Below are positions 9,792 to 19,630 of a stretch of 64,000 nt of DNA, piece after piece (the stretch's first letter is position 1; the number at the start of each line of letters is the position of its first letter). Both the position numbers and the translations under genes were made by a program. The notes under the pieces were generated by a model. It did not search any database. It was given only the letters and a program-made list of their open reading frames with translations, and had not been told where the DNA came from. The stretch is from the NCBI GenBank assembly GCA_963719225.1, contig CAVRAY010000001.1:832001-896000 (forward strand), in the 5' to 3' direction. Source of the stretch: Thermoanaerobaculia bacterium. GTDB lineage: Bacteria; Acidobacteriota; Thermoanaerobaculia; UBA5066.

Positions 9792-10480
9792 GGGCGCTTC
9801 CAGACGAGCTCCCAGAGGAAGAGCGAGGCCATCGTGACACGGGCGCCCGGAAGGACGGGTGCCGCGATCTCGGCGATCTCCTCGGACGTGTAGGCCTGCC
9901 TCACGGACGTCTTCCCGTCGGCGACGGAAAGCCGGCTCCGAAAGGCGACGGGCCCCAGGAGGGAGATCGCGGCGAGCGCGAGGCGGTTGCGCGTGAGGTC
10001 GAGCGCGAAGACGGCCGAGCCTGCGACCCGCCGCGCCTCCGCGAAGAGCGCCGCCGCTTCCGCCGGAGAGAAGTGATGCAGGAAGAGAGTCGACAGGACG
10101 ACGTCCACGCTCCGGTCGCCGAAGGGAAGCCGGAACGTGTCTCCGACGACGGCGGTTCCGCGCGCCGCGAGCCGCGCGTGCGACGTCTTGAGATCGAGGC
10201 CGATGACGCGGACCCTCGTTCCCTCATCGGCGGCCGCCGCGAGGAGGTCGCGCCCCACGTGCCCCGAGCCGCAGCCGAGGTCGAGGACGAGGGGCGTCTT
10301 CTTGCGCCCCGCCAGCGCCGCGAGGAGCGGCCGGAAGAGGCGGCGGACGAGGGGGCGGCCGCCGAGCCTCCGATGCACCCACTCGATGTCGGCGAGGCTC
10401 GCCTCGGCCTCGCCGGCCGGGACGTCCGCGCCGTCGAGGAGCTCGGGCTCGGGGCGACGGCGGGGAACCCAGAAGCTCAT
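9788..10480 (-). CDS. Class I SAM-dependent methyltransferase
   Basis: VLDLGCGSG, DVVLSTLFLHHF. Confidence 0.88.
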   Translation of the reverse strand: MSFWVPRRRPEPELLDGADVPAGEAEASLADIEWVHRRLGGRPLVRRLFRPLLAALAGRKKTPLVLDLGCGSGHVGRDLLAAAADEGTRVRVIGLDLKTSHARLAARGTAVVGDTFRLPFGDRSVDVVLSTLFLHHFSPAEAAALFAEARRVAGSAVFALDLTRNRLALAAISLLGPVAFRSRLSVADGKTSVRQAYTSEEIAEIAAPVLPGARVTMASLFLWELVWKRP

Positions 10481-10487
10481 CCCCGCC

Positions 10488-11747
10488 TCAGAGCGAGCGG
10501 CCGTTGCGGAGGACGAGCGCGGAGTTCTTCGAGCCGAACGCGATCCCGTTGCAAAGCGCGAACTCGACCTGGGCGGGCCGCGCCGCGTTCGGAACGTAAT
10601 CGAGGTCGCAGTCCGGGTCGGCGGTCTCGAGATTGAGCGTCGGCGGAAGGAATCCGCACTGCATGCCGAGCAACGTCGCGGCGAAGCCGGCCGCTCCCGA
10701 GGCGCCCTGCGGATGGCCGATCTGGCTCTTCACGCTGCTGCCGGGAATGCGCGCCGCCGCGTCGCCGAGCGCGATCTTCGTCGCACGGGTCTCGATGCGG
10801 TCGTTGAGCAGCGTGGACGTCCCGTGGTACTGCACGTAGCCGAGGTCGGCGGCGGCGAGGCCGGCGTCCGCGAGCGCCTCGCGCATCGCTCGCGCAGGCT
10901 CCTCGCCGGACTCGTCGAGGCGCACGCGGTGGTACGCGTCGCAGCTCGTACCGTACCCGCAGATCTCGGCGAGCACCCGCGCGCCGCGGGCGCGTGCCCG
11001 TTCGAGAGGCTCGAGAACGAACATCCACGCGCCCTCTCCGAGGACGAACCCGTCACGCCCCGCGTCGAACGGGCGGCTCGCCGCGGGCGGGGTGTCGTTG
11101 CGGGCCGTGGAAAGGATCTGCATGATCGTGAACCCCGTCATGATGCCGGGGGTGATCACGGCGTCGGCGCCGCCCGTGAGGACGAGGTCCTCGTCGCCCC
11201 AGGCGACCAGGCGAGACGCATAGGCGAGGGCATCGGCCGAGGACGTGCAACCCGTCGTGATCACGTGGGAGCGCCCCTTGAGGCCGAAGCGCATCGAGAT
11301 CTCGGAGGAGAGTGTGCCCATCGTGCCGGTCGGGATCGCGTAGACGGACGCCTTCTTCACGTCTCCGCGGTACCAGTGACCGTACATGCGCTCGAAGAAA
11401 TCCACGGCGCCGCCGCCCGAGCCGAAGACGACCGCGATCCTCCGCCTCTCCTCGAGGGAGAGCTTTTCGGTGTCGATCCCCGCGCTGGTGAACGCCTCGC
11501 CGGCCGCCGCGAGCGAGAGCGGGACGACGCGCCCGACGTGGCGAAGCTCTTTCGCGCTCATCGCGGATTCGGGGTCGAAGCCCTTCACCTCGGCCGCGAT
11601 CGACACGTCGAGAGCGGCCGGATCGAAAAGCGTGATCCTCGAGACGCCGGACCGTCCGGACCGGAGCCCTTCGGTGAACGCGGGGACACCGTTTCCGATC
11701 GGGGTGAGGCAGCCGAGACCCGTGACGCCGACGCGTCGACCCTTCAA
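10488..11747 (-). CDS. Beta-ketoacyl-ACP synthase II family (FabF-like)
   Basis: TGCTSS catalytic Cys, HGTST and GH His residues, SRPFD..RDGFVLGEG. Confidence 0.9.
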   Translation of the reverse strand: MKGRRVGVTGLGCLTPIGNGVPAFTEGLRSGRSGVSRITLFDPAALDVSIAAEVKGFDPESAMSAKELRHVGRVVPLSLAAAGEAFTSAGIDTEKLSLEERRRIAVVFGSGGGAVDFFERMYGHWYRGDVKKASVYAIPTGTMGTLSSEISMRFGLKGRSHVITTGCTSSADALAYASRLVAWGDEDLVLTGGADAVITPGIMTGFTIMQILSTARNDTPPAASRPFDAGRDGFVLGEGAWMFVLEPLERARARGARVLAEICGYGTSCDAYHRVRLDESGEEPARAMREALADAGLAAADLGYVQYHGTSTLLNDRIETRATKIALGDAAARIPGSSVKSQIGHPQGASGAAGFAATLLGMQCGFLPPTLNLETADPDCDLDYVPNAARPAQVEFALCNGIAFGSKNSALVLRNGRSL

Positions 11748-12955
11748 AACGTGCTCTCCGGCGAGCCGCGGTGGGTGGCGACGAGATCGCCCGCCGCAAA
11801 GGAGGACCCGGGCGGAAGCTCGAGAAAGGCGTTCGCCCGCGCGTGCGCGAGAACGTCGTGACTGCCCTTCGTCGCGATGGGCTCGACGATCTCCTCACCG
11901 TCCCTGAGCGAGAGCGACGCCGGGTGAAAGGCGAGGCGCGGCCCCTTGTTGCGGACCGGCCCGGCAAGGCGGGCGGGCAGGGCGGGAGGAAGGGGAGGCA
12001 CGCTCCCCGCCGCAAACCTGAGGGCGGGCCTCACGAAGAAGTCGAAGCCCACGGCGGCCGAAACCGGATTTCCGGGCAGGCCGAACACGAGCGTCGCCCC
12101 CTTCGTCGCGAAGAGCACGGGCTTTGCGGGGCGAATCGCGACCTTGTGAAAACGGATCGACGCGCCCGCGGACTGGAGGGCCGCCGCGACGTAGTCGTAG
12201 TCGCCGGCCGAGACGCCGCCGGTCGTCAGGACGAGATCCTCGCCGCGCTCCAGAGCGCCGCGCAGGATCCTCACGAGCGATTCCTTCGTGTCGCGCGCGA
12301 CCCCGAGGTCCGTGACCTGGGCCCCGGCCCGGCGCAGCGCGGAGACGAGAAGCGGACCGTTCGTGTTCCTCACCTGCGCGGGACCGGGCGTCGTCCCCGG
12401 AGCGACGATCTCGTCCCCGGTCACGAGGACCAGGGCGCGGATGGGACGCGCCACGCGCAGCGTCGCGCGACCGGCAGCCGCGGCGAGCACGAGGTCCGCG
12501 GGCGTGAGGCGGCGGCCGGCGGGCAGGAGGAGCGCGCCCTTCTGGAAGACTTCTCCCTGATGGCGGACGTGCGCGCCGGGGCGCGGCGCGACGTCGAGCC
12601 GCACCGTCTTCTGGTCGATCTCGGCGGCGTCCTCGACGGGGACGACCGCGTCGCTGCCGGGCGGCATCGGCGCGCCCGTCATCACCTTCCACGCGGCTCC
12701 CGCGAAGAGCGGTCCCGTGACGCGGCCCGCACCTGCGGTTCCCGCGCGCGCGAAGAGAGAAGGCGTCTTGGCGACCTCCTGGGCGAGTACGGCCCAGCCG
12801 TCCATCGCCGTCATGTCGAATGCCGGAAAAGGCAGGTCGGCGGAGACGTCTTCGGCGAGGACGCGTCCCTGGGCCTCTCCGAGCGGGACCGCGACGGCCG
12901 TGAGCGGCGTGGCGGCCCCCAGCACGTTCGCGAGGGCTTCCTCGAACGCGATCAC
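11744..12955 (-). CDS. moeA: Molybdopterin molybdotransferase MoeA
   Basis: AMDGWAV, MTGAPMP, TGDE, TTGGVSAG, GLPGNPVS. Confidence 0.95.
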   Translation of the reverse strand: MIAFEEALANVLGAATPLTAVAVPLGEAQGRVLAEDVSADLPFPAFDMTAMDGWAVLAQEVAKTPSLFARAGTAGAGRVTGPLFAGAAWKVMTGAPMPPGSDAVVPVEDAAEIDQKTVRLDVAPRPGAHVRHQGEVFQKGALLLPAGRRLTPADLVLAAAAGRATLRVARPIRALVLVTGDEIVAPGTTPGPAQVRNTNGPLLVSALRRAGAQVTDLGVARDTKESLVRILRGALERGEDLVLTTGGVSAGDYDYVAAALQSAGASIRFHKVAIRPAKPVLFATKGATLVFGLPGNPVSAAVGFDFFVRPALRFAAGSVPPLPPALPARLAGPVRNKGPRLAFHPASLSLRDGEEIVEPIATKGSHDVLAHARANAFLELPPGSSFAAGDLVATHRGSPESTF

Positions 12956-13007
12956 GGAGGGATCCTAGCAAGGCGCGGAACCCTCTTCCGTGAGTAGAAT
13001 CGCCAAA

Positions 13008-13811
13008 ATGTTGGAATCCCCGTTTCAATACACGGGTGAGCTCGCAGAAGAGCCCCTTCCGGAGATCCTCCGGACGATCCACCACCATCGCGTGCCCGGG
13101 GTCGTCACCGCTACGTCGGGGGACGTGGTCAAGAAGATCTATCTGATGGGCGGGAACGTGATCTTCGCGACGTCGTCGGACCTCCATGACTCGCTGGGCG
13201 CTTACCTGAAGAAGAGCGCCCTCATCTCCTCCGGCGAGCTGCGCGTCTCCACCAGCCGGATCGACGCCGCTCACGGCAAGCGTCACGGGGAGCTGCTCGT
13301 GGAAATGGGCGTCCTCACGCCGGACCATCTGCGGCAGATCGTCACCGAGCAGGTGAAAGCCATCCTCTACTCGATCTTTTCGTGGGAGAAAGGGACGGTG
13401 ACGTTCGAAGTGGGGAAGTTCCGGACGGAGGAGCTCATCCAGCTCAACGTCTCCACGCCGCAGGCCATCGCAGACGGCATCCGGCTTCTTCCGGACCCCC
13501 GGCGCGTCGTGTCACGACTCGGCCCCTCCTGGACGATCTTCGAGCAGGGCGAGGTCGCCGCCGGGGCCTCCGGGGTTTCCTGGGCCGAGGGCGAGCTCAA
13601 GCTCCTCTCCCTCGTGGACGGCCGGCGCAGCCTGCGCGACCTGATCACCGCGGGTCCCGGGGACGTTTCGACGAACGCGAGGCTCGTCTATGCTTTCTGG
13701 GTGCTGCATCTCGTGACGCGCCGCGAAATCCTGACGAGCGGAATCAAGAAGATCCAGTGGAAGACGGGGTCCGGCAACATCCCGGCGGCCGGCGGCGGCG
13801 CCGCAGGCTGA
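13008..13811 (+). CDS. DUF4388 domain-containing protein
   Basis: GEL...LPEILRTI N-terminus, GNVIFATS, FSWEKGTVTF. Confidence 0.75.
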   Translation: MLESPFQYTGELAEEPLPEILRTIHHHRVPGVVTATSGDVVKKIYLMGGNVIFATSSDLHDSLGAYLKKSALISSGELRVSTSRIDAAHGKRHGELLVEMGVLTPDHLRQIVTEQVKAILYSIFSWEKGTVTFEVGKFRTEELIQLNVSTPQAIADGIRLLPDPRRVVSRLGPSWTIFEQGEVAAGASGVSWAEGELKLLSLVDGRRSLRDLITAGPGDVSTNARLVYAFWVLHLVTRREILTSGIKKIQWKTGSGNIPAAGGGAAG

Positions 13812-13815
13812 CGGC

Positions 13816-14247
13816 ATGGCACTCTACGAATTTCAGTGCACGAGCTGCGGACGGAAAACCGAGGTCATCCAGCGCTTCTCGGACCCGCCGCCGAAGAAAT
13901 GCCCTCATTGCGGCGGCAAGCTCGTGAAGCTCCTCTCGACTCCGGCGTTCCAGTTCAAGGGCTCGGGGTTCTATGCGACGGACTACGCGAAAGCCGGGGG
14001 GAAGCCGGAGGATTCTTCGAAAGAGAAAGAGGGAGATTCGGCGAAGAAAGAGGGAGATTCTTCGAAAGGGAAAGAAGGGGAGGCCGGCAAACCGAGCGGC
14101 GCCGGGGCCGAGGCCAGCGGCGGTTCGCCGGGGGACTCTTCGAAAGAGAAGAAAGACTCTGGTCCGGCCGCGGCTTCGGAGGGGTCATCCGCGAAAACCT
14201 CGGCCGCGCCCTCTTCACCTTCTAAGAAAGACAGCAAAAGGAAATAG
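13816..14247 (+). CDS. FmdB family zinc-ribbon protein with low-complexity tail
   Basis: YEFQCTSCG...CPHCGG...FKGSGFYATDY. Confidence 0.9.
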   Translation: MALYEFQCTSCGRKTEVIQRFSDPPPKKCPHCGGKLVKLLSTPAFQFKGSGFYATDYAKAGGKPEDSSKEKEGDSAKKEGDSSKGKEGEAGKPSGAGAEASGGSPGDSSKEKKDSGPAAASEGSSAKTSAAPSSPSKKDSKRK

Positions 14248-14319
14248 TCGGGAGGCTGCAGCAGAAGCTCCAGATATCAGCAGAAATCTCGTTCCTTCTC
14301 TAAACCGTTAAACTTGGGC

Positions 14320-16110
14320 ATGCGCTTCCGGTTCGCAGGCTCCATCTGCGCGCTCCTCGTGTCGCTCCCGCTCGCGGGCGAGCCGCCGCGCGGCACGCCG
14401 GGCGCGTGGTACCGGTATCCGCTTCCGGGCGCGGAGGTGAAGTCGCTCGCCGCGGACCCGGTCCTCGCGGGCGTCTTCTGGGCAGGCACGGCGCAGGGCG
14501 GCATCTACCGCTCCGGCGACGGCGGCGTCTCGTGGACGTCGCCGCCCGGCGGCGCGCCTTTCCCGGGCTACGCCGTGACCTCGCTCGCCGTCGATCCCGC
14601 CCGTCCCGGTGCCGTCTGGGCCGGTCTCACGGGCGTCGTCAAGGGAGGCCTCCTCGTCCGGTCGACGGATCTCGGACGTTCGTTCCAGGTCGTCAAGCGC
14701 TGGGAAGACCGCGCGGGCGCGCGCGTCGTCGCGGTCATGTCGCGGTCCGGCAGGAAGGTGGTCGGCGTCGGGGGCGATTGGGGGCTCGAGATTTCCGAGG
14801 ACGACGGCCTGACGTGGCGAACCTCCGCGCCGGCGCTCGACGCGGGGAGCGGCGTGTCTTTCATGGCGTTCGACCCCATCAGGCCGGGGGTCCTCTATTG
14901 CGGGTCGTTCCGCCATCCCTTCCGCTCCCTGGACGGCGGCCTGACCTGGGCGCGCATCGCGAACGGGATGGTCGAGGACACCGAGGTCTTCGGGATCGAT
15001 TTCTCGGCGGACGACCCGAACGACTTCTGGGCCGCAACGTGCGGCTGGGTTTACCGCACGACGGACGGCGGCGCGAATTGGACGCGCTATCGCGAAGGGC
15101 TCACGGACCGGCGCACGCACGTCGTTCGTGTGGATCCGCGGGATCCGAATCGCATTCTCGCGGGCACGACGGGCGGCTTGTTCGAGAGCCGCGACCGGGG
15201 AAAGACGTTTCGGCGCATCTCGGCGGAGCTCGTGGTCACCGCGCTCGTCTTCGATCCGCGCGATCCGTCCCGTCTCCTCGTCGGCACCGAAGCGGAAGGG
15301 ATCTTCCGGTCCGAGGATGGCGGGCTGACGCTCGGGGAGTCGAATCGCGGTCTCTCGGAGGCGCGCGTCTCGGCTGTCGCGGTGCTCCAGTCGGGTCGCG
15401 TCGTCGTCGCGCGTGCCGCGGACGGAAGAAGCGGCGGCCTGTGGAGCGTGGACGCGACCACGGGAGACGTCGAGCGCCTCGCGGCGTCTCCTCCGTCGAC
15501 GGTGCTTTCCCTCGTCTCCTCCGGGAGCGCGCTGCTCGCGGGCGCGCCGGACGGGATCTACCGCGCCCCGCGCGCGGGCGCGCCGTTCGCGAAGGTGCTG
15601 GGCGCCGGAACGCGCGCATTCGCTTCCGACGGCGAAGGGCGATTCCTCGCCGCGACGAACGAAGGCGTCTTCGAGTCGTCGAACGGCGGAAGCGCGTGGC
15701 GGCGTCTCGGCTCACTGAAATCGCGGGTCGAGGACGTCCGCCGCGCCCGCCTTCCGGAGAGCGGCCTGAAGACCTGGTCGGCCGACGCGGAGGGCTTCAC
15801 CCTGTGGTGGGACGGCGCCGAGTGGGCCCGGCGGCCGCTTCCCGGCGGCGGCCGGATCCTGACCGGCGGTTTCGGACGCCCGCGGGCAGCTGTCCACTTC
15901 GTCCCCGAGCCCATCGGCGTCGCCCTCTCGACCGAGCGCCCGGTCCTGTTCTTTCGGCCCGAGGACGACGCCGGCGGAAGCCTCTCCGTCGCGCTGCCCG
16001 AATCCGGCCTCGTCGTCGCGGGATGGGCCGGCGACCCGCGCAGCGCCTCGGGCCTCTACCTCGCCACGATCGGCCGCGGCCTCTTCCGGTTCGTGCCCGG
16101 CGGATTGTAG
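14320..16110 (+). CDS. Exported BNR/YVTN-like beta-propeller repeat protein
   Basis: Signal peptide; multiple SxDGGxxW Asp-box repeats. Confidence 0.8.
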   Translation: MRFRFAGSICALLVSLPLAGEPPRGTPGAWYRYPLPGAEVKSLAADPVLAGVFWAGTAQGGIYRSGDGGVSWTSPPGGAPFPGYAVTSLAVDPARPGAVWAGLTGVVKGGLLVRSTDLGRSFQVVKRWEDRAGARVVAVMSRSGRKVVGVGGDWGLEISEDDGLTWRTSAPALDAGSGVSFMAFDPIRPGVLYCGSFRHPFRSLDGGLTWARIANGMVEDTEVFGIDFSADDPNDFWAATCGWVYRTTDGGANWTRYREGLTDRRTHVVRVDPRDPNRILAGTTGGLFESRDRGKTFRRISAELVVTALVFDPRDPSRLLVGTEAEGIFRSEDGGLTLGESNRGLSEARVSAVAVLQSGRVVVARAADGRSGGLWSVDATTGDVERLAASPPSTVLSLVSSGSALLAGAPDGIYRAPRAGAPFAKVLGAGTRAFASDGEGRFLAATNEGVFESSNGGSAWRRLGSLKSRVEDVRRARLPESGLKTWSADAEGFTLWWDGAEWARRPLPGGGRILTGGFGRPRAAVHFVPEPIGVALSTERPVLFFRPEDDAGGSLSVALPESGLVVAGWAGDPRSASGLYLATIGRGLFRFVPGGL

Positions 16111-16142
16111 GAGTCGGGATGTCCCTCTCCGCCTGATCGCGC

Positions 16143-16577
16143 ATGAGCCCGGAGGATCACTTCAGGAAGCTCGAGCGCATGTACGCGACGGCGCCCATCA
16201 ACGCCTTCTTCGCGCCGCGTCTGCTCGTCGGCGAGGGGCGCGCGGAGGTTGCGATCACCGTTCGTCCCGATTTCTTCCACGCCGCGAACGCCGTCCACGG
16301 CTCGGTCTACTTCAAGGTTCTCGACGACGCCGCGTTCTTCGCCGTGAACTCCCTCGTGACGGACGTCTTCGTCCTGACCGTGACGTACAACGTCTACCTC
16401 ACGCGCCCGGTGACAGAAGGCGTCATGACGGCGACGGGACGCGTCGTGAGCCGGTCGAAGAACCTCTTCGTCGCGGAAGCGGAGATCGTCGACGATCGGG
16501 GCCGGAGCGTCGGGCGGGGGAGCGGTTCGTTCATGCGAAGCGCGATTTCCCTGTCCCCCGCAGTCGGCTACGCCTGA
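16143..16577 (+). CDS. PaaI family thioesterase
   Basis: NAVHGSVYFKVLDDAA hot-dog fold motif. Confidence 0.88.
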   Translation: MSPEDHFRKLERMYATAPINAFFAPRLLVGEGRAEVAITVRPDFFHAANAVHGSVYFKVLDDAAFFAVNSLVTDVFVLTVTYNVYLTRPVTEGVMTATGRVVSRSKNLFVAEAEIVDDRGRSVGRGSGSFMRSAISLSPAVGYA

Positions 16578-16974
16578 GCGGACCGGGCTGCGGTCGGTCC
16601 TTCTTCTTCGAAAGAAAAACGACGCCGGGGAGACCCTCGAGATCGGCGTCGGTCGTGACGAGCTCGGCGCCGCGCGATCGCGCGGTCGCATAGACGATCG
16701 CGTCCGCCATCGCGAGCGAATTCTCGAGACTCGTGTCCGCCGCCTCGAGGGCGAGCGTTTCGCTCAAGGGGACGACGTTCGTCCTGAGCATCTGGGCGAC
16801 GGCCAGGAGCGCGTCCTCCTCGGACGCGTCGCGTTTGAGAACCTTGTAAACCTCGTAGAGCGCGATCGTCGGCGTCAGGATCTCGTCGGGATCGGCCAGC
16901 AGGCGGGCCACGCGATCGGCATGAGGCCCTCCCCGAAAGACCTCGAGCCAGCCCGAAGAGTCGATCAGCCTCAG
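16531..16974 (-). CDS. VapC family PIN-domain toxin; probable CTG start
   Basis: RLIDSSGWLE N-terminal PIN motif, LYEVYK, LAMADAIVYATA, TTDAD. Confidence 0.85.
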   Translation of the reverse strand: MRLIDSSGWLEVFRGGPHADRVARLLADPDEILTPTIALYEVYKVLKRDASEEDALLAVAQMLRTNVVPLSETLALEAADTSLENSLAMADAIVYATARSRGAELVTTDADLEGLPGVVFLSKKKDRPQPGPLRRSRLRGTGKSRFA

Positions 16975-17180
16975 AGCCGGTCCCGCTTCTCGCGGAATCC
17001 CGCCGACCGGGCGCTCCGGGCGAATCCCTTCAGCTCCGTGAGCGGGCGCTCGGGCACGAGTGAGATGACGCCACCCTTGCTGATGACCTGGAAGGTTTGC
17101 CCCTTTCGGAGGCCGGTCTCCTCACGGATGTCCTTCGGAATCACGACCTGGAACTTCGTCGAGACGACGGTGCGCGCCAC
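16971..17180 (-). CDS. AbrB/MazE/SpoVT family antitoxin
   Basis: VSTKFQVVIPKDIRE; overlaps the PIN gene. Confidence 0.88.
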   Translation of the reverse strand: MARTVVSTKFQVVIPKDIREETGLRKGQTFQVISKGGVISLVPERPLTELKGFARSARSAGFREKRDRL

Positions 17181-17186
17181 GCCGCA

Positions 17187-17215
17187 ATTGTCCTACGAAA
17201 TCATCATCGATACAA
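17187..17215 (-). promoter_or_regulatory. Sigma-70-type promoter of the abrB-vapC pair
   Basis: TTGTAT-N17-GACAAT on the minus strand, 6 nt before GTG 17180. Confidence 0.6.
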
Positions 17216-17573
17216 GATCCGACCTACAATGGTAGGGCCGCACGACGGCGATGCCCGACGTCACGTGGCCTTTCATGATCTCGAACTCTGCGGGCGTGAA
17301 GACTCCCTGTTTGAGGAGGATGTGATCCGGGATCGCCACCTTGCCGATGTCGTGCGCCGGCGCGAGGGCGAAAAGATCGTCGATGAACTCCTCGTCCAGC
17401 CCTTCGGCAGATGGAAGGGTCCGGGCGATGAGTTGCGCGTAATGCGAGACGCGCTCGAGGTGCATCCCCGTTTCGGCGTCGCGGAAGCGCGTCAGCTCGG
17501 CGGCCAGACTCACGGCCGAGCGGAGAAGGCTCGAAGGGTCGTACACCGGAAATGAACGCAGATGCGGTTCCAC
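17193..17573 (-). pseudogene. Truncated HD-GYP phosphodiesterase fragment
   Basis: ETGMHLERV, HDIGK, IPDHILLK present; HHERxDGxGYP C-terminal part absent. Confidence 0.7.
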
Positions 17574-17616
17574 GGCTTTTTCAAAGCGTACCAGAGAGGC
17601 CCGAAGGGCACGACCG

Positions 17617-17674
17617 GAGATTTCTTAGAGGGTACGAGAGCTGGTCGCTCCTATTTACCTTCTAAGAAGATCTC
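17617..17674. repeat. Inverted pair of the TTCTNAGAA motif (terminator-like hairpin)
   Basis: GAGATTTCTTAGAGGGTA ... TACCTTCTAAGAAGATCTC just downstream of the DUF192 gene. Confidence 0.6.
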
Positions 17675-17684
17675 TCTTCTTTCT

Positions 17685-18185
17685 CTATCTTCCCGGGATT
17701 CCGATCCATTTCAGCTTTGCGCCCTTGACGACACCGTTCTCGCCCGCGACCCCCGCGTTCACCTCGAGGACGGTGTCGGCTTTCGCCGCCGGCACGACGC
17801 TCACGCAGGGCGCCGGGTCGGGCGGACACGGCGGAACGTCCTTCAGCACGTCCATGACGGTTCCGTCCTTCGTCGCGTAGATCAGGTCGAGCGGAAAATG
17901 GCAGTTCTTCATCCAGAAGGGCCGGATCTCGAGACCGTCGAAGAGAAAGACCATCCCGGCGGCGCGTGGCATCGACTCGCGAAACATGAGGCCCTGACCG
18001 CGCTCCTGGTCGTTGACGGCGACCTCGACCGCGATCGCCACGCCGGACGGGAGGACGACGCGCGGGCCCGCAGCGGCAGCCGGCGCCGACGACCCTGCCG
18101 GCGCCGCGGGCGAGGTCGCGGGGCGCGAGCAGGCGGCGACGCCGAGGAGAGCCGCGAAGGAAGCGGCCGCTTGACGCCGGATCAC
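17685..18185 (-). CDS. DUF192 family lipoprotein
   Basis: Lipobox VAAC; EVA...RGQGLMFR, FWMKNCHFPLD, VLEVNAG; GTGA overlap with pilR. Confidence 0.85.
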   Translation of the reverse strand: MIRRQAAASFAALLGVAACSRPATSPAAPAGSSAPAAAAGPRVVLPSGVAIAVEVAVNDQERGQGLMFRESMPRAAGMVFLFDGLEIRPFWMKNCHFPLDLIYATKDGTVMDVLKDVPPCPPDPAPCVSVVPAAKADTVLEVNAGVAGENGVVKGAKLKWIGIPGR

Positions 18186-19630
18186 GACTCCTCGACGGGC
18201 GGCGGAAGGACGGCGCGCTCGTCGGACGTCTCCTCGCCGTCGCGGCGGATGCCGTACTTCTTGGCGTAGTAGCGGAACGAGCGCTCCGACATCCGGAGAA
18301 GCTCGGCGGCGCGGATCTGCACGCCTCCCGTCCTCTCGAGTGCCTGCTGCATGAGGCGCTTGCCGAGCCATTCCAGGTAGGCCTCGAGGTCGAGGCCGTC
18401 GGTCGGAAGGTCGAACCCCTCGAGGGAAGACGCGGGCGGCAGGCCGGCCGGATGCAGGAAGGTGTCCGGAAGGGAAGCCGTCGTGATGACGTCGGTCGGC
18501 TCGAGCGCGATCGTGCGCTCGATCAGATTCTCGAGCTCTCGCACGTTGCCGGGCCACGCGTAAGCCTCGAGGAGCCGCAACGCCTCGGTCGTGATCCTCT
18601 TTTCATCGATGCCCTGCTCCAGCGAGACTTTCTGCAGGAAGTGCCGGACGAGGTGGGGAATGTCGTCGCGGCGCTCGCGCAGCGGAGGGAGTGCGACGGG
18701 AATGACGTTGATGCGGTAATAGAGGTCCTCGCGGAACGTCCCGTCCGCCACTTTCTTCTGCAGGTCCTTGTTGGTCGCGCAGATGATCCGCACGTCGATC
18801 GGCTCTTCGGTGTTGCCGCCGACGCGGCGCACGACCCGCTCCTGCAACGCGCGCAGGAGCTTCACCTGCATCGTGACGGAGGTCTCGCCGATCTCGTCGA
18901 GGAAGACGGTTCCGCCCTCGGCCTCTTGAAAGAGGCCTTTCTTCTCCTTGACGGCGCCCGTGAACGCGCCACGTTCGTGGCCGAAGAGCTCCGACTCGAG
19001 GAGGTTCTCGGGCATCGCGCCGCAATTGATCGAGATGAAGGGCTTCGCCGCGCGGGATGAGGCCTGGTGGATCGCACGGGCGACGAGCTCCTTGCCGGTG
19101 CCCGACTCACCCGCGATGAGGACCGTCGACGTCGTCTTGCCGATGCGCGAGATGAGATCGAAGAGGGCGCGCATCTTGCGCGAGATGCCCACGACTCCGG
19201 CGGCGGAGCGCCCCTCGGCGCGCTCCTTGAGCGCGACGTTCTCGTCGACGAGGCGTTTCTTCTCGAGAGCGCGCCCGACGACGTGCTTGAGCTCCTCGAC
19301 GTCGAATGGCTTCGCAATGTAGTCGTAGGCTCCGGCTTTGAGCGCCTCGACGGCCGTCTTCGTGGACGAGTACGCCGTGATCATGACGACGGGCAGATCG
19401 GGGTTCGACTCGTGTGACTTCCTGAGGATGTCGAGGCCGCTTCCATCCGGCATCTTGAGATCCGTCATCACGAGGTCGGGCGGCGCGGCGGCGAGGGCCG
19501 CGAGGCCCTCGACGCAGCCGGCCGCCGACGTGACGCGGTAGCCCGCCTTCTGGAAAAGGATCGTGAGCATCTCCCGGATGCCGGCCTCGTCGTCGATGAC
19601 GAGGAGGTGCGGGCCGTTTTCGGCCGTCAT
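18182..19630 (-). CDS. pilR: Sigma-54-dependent response regulator, PilR-like
   Basis: Receiver domain, GESGTGKE, GAFTGA, C-terminal HTH; follows pilS. Confidence 0.85.
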   Translation of the reverse strand: MTAENGPHLLVIDDEAGIREMLTILFQKAGYRVTSAAGCVEGLAALAAAPPDLVMTDLKMPDGSGLDILRKSHESNPDLPVVMITAYSSTKTAVEALKAGAYDYIAKPFDVEELKHVVGRALEKKRLVDENVALKERAEGRSAAGVVGISRKMRALFDLISRIGKTTSTVLIAGESGTGKELVARAIHQASSRAAKPFISINCGAMPENLLESELFGHERGAFTGAVKEKKGLFQEAEGGTVFLDEIGETSVTMQVKLLRALQERVVRRVGGNTEEPIDVRIICATNKDLQKKVADGTFREDLYYRINVIPVALPPLRERRDDIPHLVRHFLQKVSLEQGIDEKRITTEALRLLEAYAWPGNVRELENLIERTIALEPTDVITTASLPDTFLHPAGLPPASSLEGFDLPTDGLDLEAYLEWLGKRLMQQALERTGGVQIRAAELLRMSERSFRYYAKKYGIRRDGEETSDERAVLPPPVEES

